Positions 46,068-56,401 of a DNA stretch of 64,000 nucleotides are shown piece after piece. Source of the DNA: Eukaryota sp. TZLM1-RC (lineage: Eukaryota > Protista > Metamonada: BaSk clade); the NCBI GenBank assembly GCA_040285825.1, contig JAUPSS010000001.1, positions 1,054,001 to 1,118,000 on the forward strand. Direction: 5' to 3'. Below the pieces are notes generated by a model. That model did no database searches. It was not told where the DNA came from and was given only the letters and a program-made list of their open reading frames with translations. Every line of letters begins with the position of its first letter. The first letter of the stretch is position 1. The position numbers were made by a program, and so were the translations under genes.

Positions 46068-46297
46068 TGTGGTTGATCAAATTGAATCAATTGATTTTTT
46101 TGACCTTTTTGCACAATGACAGATTTACCCAACTAAATTTGTATGGCAATTGATCAGATAATTTGAGACATTTGGTGGATTTGTATGGTCGAGCTATGAC
46201 TGTTTCGGATAGGTCTTCCTATATACAGATTTCATAGCAATCAGTTTTAATTAGTATATTATGGTCACTTTCTGGTATTATGTTGAGCTGTTTGACA

Positions 46298-46711
46298 ATG
46301 AATTTCCATTGATCACTTTGTGCTTTTCTTTTTATGCGACATATTTAGTGCCCCTGAAAACCAAGAAAACGCCACTTATTCTATTTCTCGCTTTTGTAGT
46401 ATTGATGAAATCTAAATACAAACACAAATACAATAAAGAAGTACTAAAATACAAGAAACACGTTAACCAAAATGAGCACAAGGTAAAAAATAACAATTAC
46501 AAATTATGATGCTGACAAACAACTAAAAACTGAAAATAAACAAGAAGAACCTCAACAGTTTTGCTAAAAATAACTAAACAACATAAATCTTCCTATACTA
46601 GAAGTGTTTGGCTTGTTTACCCTAGTTTAAGAAACAAACCCACAAAGGAGGTATCAACGAAGTGATATAAAATACAGAATTAATAAATTAATAAAATAAA
46701 TAAATTCTTTA
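46298..46711 (+). repeat. Mosaic of three short duplicated segments (partners 52355..52457, 53463..53576 and 55551..55744)
   Basis: Direct near-identity of each piece, read by eye. Confidence 0.9.
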
Positions 46712-47298
46712 TATAATATATATATATTATAATATATTCAGAAACGAGTTCACTTTATGCATCTGCATAGGGTATGATGAAATGTCTTTGAGTGAATCAA
46801 ATCCTTTATTGAAGTGTTTCGATAATATGGTGCAATAATTACCTATTGATTTTTGAGTTCAAAATTTCAGTATCTTCTAGGGTTAGAACAAATTTGATTT
46901 GGTAAATTCATTGAAATCTGAGCCCAGACCACTTCGATTTTCTATTGAGTGGGTTACGGGTTATATGAGCCTACTGCTGGGGCGGTGGAGGCGTGGGAAT
47001 AGAGAGTTCGGGGAGGAGCTGTGGAACGGCGTGATTGGCCGAATGTTTGCTTGGAGGGAAGTCTTGGATTGTAATACACGGGTCCAGGTGTATGAAGTCT
47101 TTGCCTAAAGTGTCATTTTCATTATGGGGATTCTCATGTAGCACGATATGCCCAAAATTGAGTAATAAATGGTGGTCTAGATGGGGCACATATAGAATGT
47201 AACAAATATGTGAAATGGCACGTAGTGATGATGATCATTGAAATTAGGCATGAAGGAATGTTCATTGGCAATTTTGGTAATTATCTCATTTTCTCACA

Positions 47299-49344
47299 AT
47301 GCTCTCGTGTCCATATTGTTCAATGGATTTCAACGAAGAGTCTCGTGTGCCACTGGTTGTTTGTAGTCAGCGTCATAGTGTATGCGCTGTATGCTCTGAT
47401 GCTGTGGAATCCTGTCCGATCTGCAATGAAGATATCCTGCCGTCACCGGAAGTCAACATCAGTTTGCGCGATATAGCCAAAGCTTCTTGCAAGGAGGACC
47501 TCTGTGTACACATTCCCTCTAACCAGGTCAAACTTTTGCACATGATTGGACAAGGAGGATATGCACAGGTGTTTGCCGCTTCTTGGTTTGATTCAGACGT
47601 CGCCGCCAAGACTGTTGCTCTCACAGAAGAAGGTAAGAAACGACTGAGGAAAGAGATTGGTATTATGGCCAAGATTGATCATCCCTTTATCCTCCGCGTT
47701 TTTGGTCTGGTCAGCTTAATGGACAGACTCGCCATAATTATGGAACTTGCTGAAGGTTCTCTGCCAGTGCCGTCAAGATTGACTAAACAAAGTCTCTTGT
47801 TTGCCAAGAAGATCTGCCAGGCAGTCCGTTTTCTGCACTCCAAATCACTTGTGCATGGAGATCTCAAGCCCGAGAACATTCTTTTTGTCAATGGGCAAAT
47901 CAAATTAGCCGATTTTGGAACATCCAGGACTGTTGCCAAGACTTCCACGGCTACCAATCTATCATGTACAGCACGGTATGCAGCCTTGGAACAGTTTGAG
48001 AACAAATTGTCTCTTGCCTCAGACATCTATGCAATTGGAATCATCCTTTGTGAGTTACTTTGTAATTATAGGCCATTTGTCAATATGGATCAGATTGCCA
48101 TAATGGGAGCTAAGTATTTTAAGACACCATTTGCTTTGGGTGAACACGTTCCCAGTGTGCTCAAAGAATTAATCGCCCAATGTTGCTCTTCAGATCCAGC
48201 TGCCAGACCAAGTATTGCTCAAGTTCTTCTAGTTTTGGATCAATTGGATGACTTTGCTGAAGAAGGTGATGAAAATTCTATTAATATTAACAATGATGCT
48301 CAAACGCAACTGCAATCTGCCAACTCTACAATCGAGTCTCTACGAAAGAATGTTACTGATTTGGAGGCTTCCAGTCAACAACTCACCAACGATTTGACAG
48401 AACGGGATTCCAGAATTGCCCGGTTGGAAGAAAAAAGGGCCGGTATCAATGCTTCCAATCAACACCTCAGTCACTCTTTGGAAGAATGTGATGCTAGAAT
48501 TGCCACCATGGAAGAAGCTTTAAATGCCAGCAAGGCCGGTATTGCTGAGAAAGATACAGAAATTGCCAACCTTAGATCTACCATTGATGAATTGGAAAAG
48601 CAAAATACTCTACTCAGTAGAACTAATTCTGATCTAGCAAGCAGAATTGCTGACCTTGCAGCATTGTTGAAAGAGTGCCACTGTAATCAACCTTTGAACA
48701 ATATCGATGATCATCATTCTCCATCTAAGGATGAAATTTTGGAAGACATCAAGTCGAATGTAAATTGGAATGGTTTGGGTGATGGAGTGAAGAAGGGTGT
48801 TGAGGGTTTGGTTGATGGTTCTATCACTGAATTGTATCTTCCGTCCAACAACATTACCTCTGAAGGCGCTAGTGCTATCGCCCGTGCTCTGGAGAGTAAT
48901 TCCACTCTGACTAAATTGAATCTTAGGGACAACAAAATTACCTCTGAAGGCGCTAGTGCTCTCGCCCGTGCTCTGGAGAGCAATTCCACTCTGACTGAAT
49001 TGAGTCTTGAAGGCAACAACATTACCGATGAAGGCGCTAGTGCTCTCGCCCGTGCTCTGGAGAGAAATTCTACTCTGACTACATTGGATCTTTGGAACAA
49101 CAAAATTACCGATGAAGGCGCTAGTGCTCTCGCCCGTGCTCTGGAGAGCAATTCCACTCTGACTACATTGTATCTTTGTGACAACAACATTACCTCTGAA
49201 GGCGCTAGTGCTCTCGCCCGTGCTCTGGAGAGCAATTCCACTCTGACTACATTGTATCTTTGGAACAACAACATTAGCAATTCAACCAAATCCAGACTTC
49301 GACAAATAGCATCTAATCGTCCTTCTCTTAAAATTGTCGTTTAA
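47299..49344 (+). CDS. RING-like Zn finger, TKL-like protein kinase, coiled coil and RI-type LRR protein (681 aa)
   Basis: CPYC...C..RH.VC..C...CPIC; GQGGYAQV, VAAK, HGDLKPEN, DFG; a heptad-rich region; six 28-aa LRRs. Confidence 0.92.
   Translation: MLSCPYCSMDFNEESRVPLVVCSQRHSVCAVCSDAVESCPICNEDILPSPEVNISLRDIAKASCKEDLCVHIPSNQVKLLHMIGQGGYAQVFAASWFDSDVAAKTVALTEEGKKRLRKEIGIMAKIDHPFILRVFGLVSLMDRLAIIMELAEGSLPVPSRLTKQSLLFAKKICQAVRFLHSKSLVHGDLKPENILFVNGQIKLADFGTSRTVAKTSTATNLSCTARYAALEQFENKLSLASDIYAIGIILCELLCNYRPFVNMDQIAIMGAKYFKTPFALGEHVPSVLKELIAQCCSSDPAARPSIAQVLLVLDQLDDFAEEGDENSININNDAQTQLQSANSTIESLRKNVTDLEASSQQLTNDLTERDSRIARLEEKRAGINASNQHLSHSLEECDARIATMEEALNASKAGIAEKDTEIANLRSTIDELEKQNTLLSRTNSDLASRIADLAALLKECHCNQPLNNIDDHHSPSKDEILEDIKSNVNWNGLGDGVKKGVEGLVDGSITELYLPSNNITSEGASAIARALESNSTLTKLNLRDNKITSEGASALARALESNSTLTELSLEGNNITDEGASALARALERNSTLTTLDLWNNKITDEGASALARALESNSTLTTLYLCDNNITSEGASALARALESNSTLTTLYLWNNNISNSTKSRLRQIASNRPSLKIVV
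48826..49275 (+). repeat. 84-bp coding tandem repeat (5.4 LRR units)
   Basis: Unit act nnn ttg nnt ctt nnn nnc aac aam att acc ... gaa ggc gct agt gct ctc gcc cgt gct ctg gag agn aat tcc act ctg. Confidence 0.97.
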
Positions 49345-49458
49345 TAAACACATTTCAATTACTTTTTTCATCAATACAAAAGCAACTATAAAATCGCCCA
49401 ACACCAACACCAATACAAAACCCAATACAAACTAGAAAAATCAACAACCTCATTTGCC

Positions 49459-49640
49459 AACATCGTAGTCCAGTGGGTTTGCTCTTCGTTCTCTGCTTTG
49501 GCAACAGGGTTCGAATCCCATCTGCTGCACTTCTGGCAAAAGGGGACCCCAAAGTGGGAGCCAGCATTTCCTTTCCCACTTTCCGGGTCTGACTGCATGG
49601 TGCTTGATCAATGAGGGTGATTCTGAAGATTGGGCATTTT
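49459..49640 (+). ncRNA. Candidate Pol III transcript or tRNA-derived SINE-like element
   Basis: A-box TAGTCCAGTGG (49466-49476) and B-box GGTTCGAATCC (49508-49518) at tRNA-like spacing, a hairpin GACCC..AAAGTGGGA/TCCCACTTT..GGGTC, and TTTT at ~49637. No proper cloverleaf forms. Confidence 0.35.
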
Positions 49641-50164
49641 GGGTTTCAGTGGATCTTAATTTTGCATGTTATTCGCAAAAATTTCCTTTTGTGAGAAATT
49701 GTCACTGTAATTTTAACAAAAATATTCATTTTCTACACAGAATCAAATCAAATCAAAAGAAACTAAAGCACATAAGAAACAAAATTATTTGGGCTTCTGT
49801 ACAAAGCGAAAAAGATACGATTCTTCCATAAATTCCCTGTGTTGGCTTTAGTGCACGTTGGGTTTCCATAAACGAATAAAAACAGATGTTTATAGAACGG
49901 AGGTAGAAAATCAACAATAAACTAAACAATAACAAATTTAAACTAATGATGACGTGATATATCACGTCATACTTTCCGAAATCGGCAAGAGGAGTTTAGC
50001 CTGGCTAACACCTGCAAACTTCTTACCATTTGAACGACATAAATTACCAAAATCATTGATAAAACCCAAGGCGAACTGTCCAAGGCGAACTGTTTACTCA
50101 TCTTTTGAACTGTAAACATTTGATAACATTTCAAGGTATAGTACGACATTATTTTCAGTGATCA

Positions 50165-51625
50165 AATTTATGTATTGTGTCAATCATATTGAGTAGATTC
50201 CGTTATAGAGCCTTTGGCTTCAATCGTAGTTCTACCATTTCAGAGGCCATGTCCATTAACTTTTGTCATTCTTCTAACGAAAATTTCATTAACTCGGATG
50301 TAAATGATTCTCTTTTTGCTTGCCAAAATACAAAATTTCTCAATACGCGAATCTATCTCCTATGTTAATGAACCTATGTTCATTCTGTAGAGGAAAAAAT
50401 TTCGTTTTTGAATTTTTGAAACGTTTTCCTGAAAACCAGCATTTAATAGAATGTTGTGTTAGTGACTATTTAGTGTCCTTGCAGAGTGAAATTGAATGCA
50501 TCTCTCCTCACATATGGTCCAAATGCTTTCCTGCTGATATTCAAGAAATTCCACTCAGGAGTTTGATTTCCTTGAAATTTGCATATACTAAATTGCAGAA
50601 AAAGATATAAAAAGTTTTTGAAAACTTGGATTTCACTGTTGGTCTTAGCTTGGCTAAAGAAAAGAATACCGTTTTTGCAAACTTTTTAATTAACCTCAAG
50701 GATAGTAGCTCAAGTTGTCTTATTTCCCAGATTCCAAATGTATATGGTCTATTATTAAATGATCATCAATGGACAACTGCATTCAGGATGAGATGTTTTC
50801 TGTGGCCATGTAGTGTGCCAAATGATTTGATTTGTCGTTGTGGTCAGCTCATTAATCTGAATCATTGATTTAATTGCAAATTTAATATTACATATCGCTC
50901 AGTTGTTCACGATGCTGTTAGAGACCAACTATACGCTATGTGCAAAAGTCATCACATTGAAGCTTTTTTTGAACCACTTGTGCCAAGGTTGTCATCTCAA
51001 AATGAAGATGAAAATACTTTTGGGAAACGCCGTGCTGATTTAATTACCCCTGCATCTGATGGTGTTATTAAAGTTGTTGATGTTGTTACTGTTGATGTTT
51101 GTAAAAACTCAGCAATTGATTTTGCTAAAAGAGATGAAACTCCACTTTGCTTTGCTGAAAAGAGCAAAATCAAAAAGTACAATGAACCCTTATCTCAGCT
51201 AGGACGTGTTGAGCATGTCAAGTATCAGTTGGTTCCATTTGCTGTTTCTCTTTTTGGTAACATTGGAATATCTGGCATTAAATTTCTTGAAGATTTCAGA
51301 AGTTTAAAAGAAAGAGCAGGAAAAGAATTGAACTTCAATTTCTGGCACAATAGAATTGTTTTCAGTATTCTAAAAGCAATTCCAGAAATGTTGACCAAAG
51401 CACTGTTACAATTAGGAATAGAGTATGAAAATCGCGCGCTGAAAAGATTTGATGATGTTGATGCGTGTATCGAAGATATTGAGTTCTAGTTTTTTGTTTA
51501 ATGTTTTGTTAGCGTTGAAAATAAATTTCAATTTATAAAAAAATGTTAAGGAAAATTCTCACGCCCAAGAAAATTCATGTCCCTTTGTCTTTCTCTTGCG
51601 TGGACCTTTAGGTAAGGATGCTACT
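50165..51625 (+). mobile_element. Decayed family C fragment (50165..50372 and 51543..51625) interrupted by a family A element (~50388..51542)
   Basis: The C-like sequence (cf. ~42815-43190) resumes after the A tail. ATGTTAATGAA (50362-50372) and ATGTTAAGGAA (51543-51553) flank the insert, and the A ORF pieces end EDIEF*. Confidence 0.85.
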
Positions 51626-52697
51626 AAATTTTACAACCGGTGAAAAAACTTATTGTCAAGTACAAAAATTGATTAGTGGTTGTACTCTAGATTAAAAAGA
51701 AAAATCACAATGGTTACTCTTATCACCCAGCTTGTGTTTATTAAAAAAAAGCAGTTGTGTCGTTAATTTTAAAAAAATGTACGTATTTTATAGGAAAATG
51801 TTCTACGAAAAGCGTTGTTTGAGACCTTTTCCAGCATGTACAAAAGAAACTTAAAAAATTATGCTCAAAATTAGTATAATTTTCTCTATGATCTGTAAAT
51901 TTTATTTTAAATGATGTTAAATTCGTTCATAATGATAACAGATTAAAAAATGAATCATTGCTTGCTGAGTATTTGATAAAGTTATCAAATAATTTTTGAA
52001 AGAAGCAAATTTTTCGATGCTTTAACTCAACTTGAAAATAAGGTTGTGTTCAAAAATAAAGAAGTGATAGAACCATGGAAAAAACCACCTTTTGAAGAAT
52101 TCAGTGATTTTCAAAGAAATGATTAAAAAATTGAAGTAAAAAATTTTGTTAATTAAAATAATTAAAAATTACAGAAATTACGGCAGCGGATTTGTCTGGT
52201 TTCCGTTTGTGTTTTTTTGCTTCAATTATTAACGATGAATAAGGATGATCTTCCAATGCATTTGGTAGATCATATGGCCAATGGTACTTTGTTAAACACA
52301 ATTAATTCAAATATAAACAAAATCAATTGAAACTGTAATCATAAATATTTATCGATGAATTTCCATTGATCACTTTATGCTTTTCTTTTTATGCGACAGA
52401 TTTAGTGCTTCTGAAAACCAAGAAAACGCCACTCATTCTATTTCTCGCTTTTGTAGTGGGCTTTGGTAAAGTGTTTATGTTGGCTCAAGTCGGCGAATTA
52501 GAATAAGGATAAAGTGAGTGACATAAAGTTGATATACTTTGCCCTTATTCTATTTAAGCCTAAAGCCACCAATAATGTTGCTTTTTCTTTTCAAAATTCA
52601 TTATCATTAAACTAATCAACAAATAATTATTATAATTATTTATTATAAAATCAGTTTTGGCAAATTAGAATTGTGCATTCTACTGCTAAATAATTGT

Positions 52698-52834
52698 AGA
52701 AGATGGTTTCTGATGCTCTACTTTCTCTTGGATGTCACTATGAGAGAGATCCTTCTGGTTGTTTTGTTTTGGGAGAGATGGAGTATTGAGATGTTGATTT
52801 ATAAGTTTTTTAATAAATAAATATTATTAAAAAA
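52698..52834 (+). mobile_element. Family B non-LTR 3' tail
   Basis: gaagatggtttctgatgct...gggagagatgga...gatgttgatttataagtttttaataaataaata. Confidence 0.8.
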
Positions 52835-53679
52835 ACCATATTATGCTATTTATATACAAAATACTAATAACAGAACTTTAATGTTTCTCTGTGCTGTTTG
52901 GGATTCGAACAAACACTGGTTTCATTCCTTTGACATTGACAATTGATGTAATATGGCTTAATCACAATGATGTAGAATAAAGTAGTTAGCAATAACTAAA
53001 AGGGCCATGTTCAACAACTGTCTGCTTCACTATTATGTTGAATATTGTTGCCTTAAGTCGGATACTTAAAATAAATATTAAATTAATTTGCATAAATTGA
53101 TTCAATTGTATTGAATCGATACAAGTGGCAACTATGGTTTCTCAAACATTCCTATTTTTAAGAATTTTCTTGTGAATTATATAGTTGGATTCTACAAAAA
53201 GCGGTTATGTGATGTTGAGGGGAATTCTTAGTACTCGTTTCAAGAGTTGGTTAGTTTGACAGAGCTACATAGTTGGTAAGTTGTTGAAGGAACTTGATAC
53301 TTGGAATGTTAAAAAAATGGGGAATTGAGATGGAAATTTGAGAATATTCAGAAATCTGGATGATCCTGATATCATCAAACATGAATAAAGTTTTTGTAAC
53401 AAAGATTGTTCACAAAACAAACAAAGAAAGTTGTTTTTTATCGCGTAATACTAAAAAAATACATTGATAAAATCTAAATACAAGCAAAAATACAATAAAG
53501 AAGTACTAAAATACAAGAAACACGTTAACCAAAATGAGCACAAGGTAAAAATAACAATTACAAATTATGATGCTGAGAAATTCTAGAAGCTATAATTTTC
53601 TTACTTGAGGAAATTTGTTGAACAATGAGTTTTATAGAATTACAATACTTGATAAAATACAATCAGAACTGAATTCTAT

Positions 53680-53890
53680 GAACCAAGAATTCCTCTACAA
53701 TTTGCTGATCTGCTAGTTTTTCTCGCCATTGTTTCTCTTCCATGATGAAATGACGGAGTTAGTCTATTAATTGAAGCGAATTGAATTCGTGACTGCCAAA
53801 AGAATAGAGCTCCACATCCTCAAAACCTGCCTCTCCTACATCGAAACTTAATTACTAAAGATTCAGAAAAATCACCAAAATAATAAATTG
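53680..53890 (-). mobile_element. Adjacent decayed family D (53680..53800) and family C (53808..53890) 3' tails
   Basis: aaccaagaattcctctacaa...gaattgaattcgtga matches the D end; ctccacatcctcaaaacctgcctctcctacatc matches the C end (DVGEAGFEDVE). Confidence 0.65.
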
Positions 53891-54150
53891 AACCAGATAT
53901 TAATCAGAAACAGAGGGAATTTGAGAAACTAAAGCAGCAGCAGAACTATAACGTGTGATGTGCAGTAATATTATTTTTATAAATTCTCCATCAACAAATG
54001 ATTTGTTCTTGCCAAGCCCTGGTTGTTCATCAGATAGAATTGGTGCTCATTATTTAGATAAAACACTTGGTGGAAGATCGTGTATTTTATGAATTTAAGT
54101 TTTCAAAAGATAAATCCTTGAACAGATTACTTCTATTGTGCAACCAGCAA

Positions 54151-54957
54151 ATGTCTGAAGATCATCCTCTCAAAGAATATCTTTCTGGTTTTGTACATAT
54201 CCCTGGAACCAATGGATATGCGTTCACCCAACTTATCGCTCCTGCAAAAGATATACACGAATCTGCTCTGGACATTATTCCCATACATCTCCGGAAGATC
54301 GACCTTTCCAACAACAACCTCACATCTCTCGATTTCCTCTCTTCACTTGAATCTCTGTCCGATCTAGACCTGAATCACAATTCCATCTCTTCCGTTGACC
54401 TCTCTACTTTTTCCCCCAAACTAAACACACTGAACCTGTCTCACAACTTGATTACCTCCCTTCAAGGCAGCCATGACTCTGTTACCTTCATTGAACTCTC
54501 ACACAACCAACTATCTGGTTCTCTCGCGCTCGAACCACTACCAAAACTTTGTTCATTAAACCTCGCAAATAACCAACTCAGCTCTGTTTCCTTTACTTCT
54601 TCTCCAAACCTCATTTCTCTTGACCTTTCTAATAATGCTTTAAAATCGATTTCATCACTTCCTGAATCGATAGTTAGTCTCAATCTAAGTCATTGCGGGG
54701 AATACGATATTTCAAGTCTTCCACAATTGTCAAAGTTGAAGAAATTGTCATTAAATGGACTTGCAATAGATGATGTTGAATCTTTATCACATTTAAGTTC
54801 ACTTGATTCACTCGTTGAGCTTAATGTGGTTGATACAGGAGTAGCAGAAGATAGGGTTGAGTTAATCAAGATACTACCAAGGTTAGTCAAGATTAATAGT
54901 GAATTGGTGAGTAAAGAAGAAAGGAAGGAGGCCATGGAAGTTGAAGAAGAAGATTAG
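54151..54957 (+). CDS. LRRC23: LRRC23-like SDS22-type LRR protein (flagellar radial-spoke associated)
   Basis: LKEYLS......GYAFTQL...IHLRKIDLSNNNLT N-terminus and RVELIKILPRLVKIN...EERKEA LRR cap fit the LRRC23 layout. The start is placed at the MSEDHP ATG. Confidence 0.7.
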   Translation: MSEDHPLKEYLSGFVHIPGTNGYAFTQLIAPAKDIHESALDIIPIHLRKIDLSNNNLTSLDFLSSLESLSDLDLNHNSISSVDLSTFSPKLNTLNLSHNLITSLQGSHDSVTFIELSHNQLSGSLALEPLPKLCSLNLANNQLSSVSFTSSPNLISLDLSNNALKSISSLPESIVSLNLSHCGEYDISSLPQLSKLKKLSLNGLAIDDVESLSHLSSLDSLVELNVVDTGVAEDRVELIKILPRLVKINSELVSKEERKEAMEVEEED

Positions 54958-56401
54958 GTGTTTATAAGGTTTTGATTTTGTGCTGTAAATTAAAAAAATT
55001 AAATTGTTATTTTTGTAATTAAGATATCTATTTGAACAACAAATGTTAAAATAGTGCACATATAGTGATTAGTAAAACAATATAAATAATTATAAATATA
55101 ATAATGGTTAATATGAAAAGAACTCCTGTCTTTGGAGATGATTTGATTCAACGAAAAAGTTTTCACGTAAAAAGGGTGGTCAAATTTGCAGCAAATGAAC
55201 TTTCCAAAATGCAGTCAATATGTAAAATATTATATTCTTTTTAAGTGATCAATTTTGTGAATCAAAAGGAGAAATAACATGATAATGCATTTTACAAAGT
55301 TCAGAAGAACAAAGCAGAAGAAAGTTGGTTAACTTCTCCAGTATATAATGAATTTAACTTTCAACTTATCAACCCATATTGTACAGGGCATACACCAATA
55401 AAATGAAATTTTCAGTAGTCAAATGAAATTTTTGTTGTTTAACTACATTCAAACTTTACTATCATTTTTGTTATTCGGTACATTGAACAGTTTGTTCTTC
55501 AGGAAGAAAAATTGAAATATTGGAAATAAATTTAAAAAATTAAATAAAACAACAACTAAAAACTGAAAATAAACAAGAAGAACCTCAACAGTTTTGCTAA
55601 AAATAACTAAACAACATAAATCTTCCTATACTAGAAGTGTTTGGCTTGTTTACCCTAGTTTAAGAAACAAACCCACAAAGGAGGTATCAACGAAGTGATA
55701 TAAAATACAGAATTAATAAATTAATAAAATAAATAAATTCTTTAAATTGTGTATAACAACCAAGCTTCTATGATGGTGTAATAAGGAAGAATAAGAATTT
55801 AATGTTGTTCAATTGTGCTGACAAAATAATTGATTTATTAATTAAAACAAAAACAATTAAACACAAATAAATGATGTACACCTATTATCTTAGATGAGGA
55901 TGAAAAAAAAGTAACCAAATAATGGGCATGGTATAATGTAGTTACAAAGAGCTATAAATCAGGGGTTAACCACAAGGTTGCTCCATGCCATAAACCGGAT
56001 AAAAGAGATTGAGAAATGTAAGAAGAGTCAGTGATATGGTATTGAAAGAGAAGAGTCACAAACGATATATCTAGATATGAATAGTACAGAGCAGTCGTTA
56101 GATGGACGGAGATTTGCTGTTTTGTGAATGTGAAAGTCTGAAGTAAAGCCGTTCAAAAACCGGAAAGGTTGGTACTCGAGGCTATGAGAATAAAGGTTAC
56201 ACTTCATGGTATGTGATTCAGTTCATGTTAGGTTATAATAGTTAGTGGGTTGTGAAAGAAATGGGAAAGATCTGATCTGGATTGTCAATTAAAGTGGGAA
56301 CATGAAAAAAATAACAATTATTGAATTTTTCTCAGTTTGAGCCAATTCTCCTCAAGTGTGCTTTTTGTTCAACATCTGACTGCAGCTCAACTAGTTGAAC
56401 T

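Noticed and set aside
46940-47110. Minus-strand frame reading TPGPVYYNP...PAVGSYNP (PG-rich repeat-like)
   Set aside because: Could not build a gene model with a start codon and introns that fit the local consensus; possibly a real gene or a relic.
48826-49275. Diversity-generating retroelement acting on the LRRs
   Set aside because: No separate template repeat is visible, variation is not limited to adenines of one template, and the RTs in the window are Gypsy and non-LTR types.
48714-49289. 191-aa antisense ORF and many other short shadow ORFs
   Set aside because: By-products of repeats or of real genes on the opposite strand; no independent motifs.
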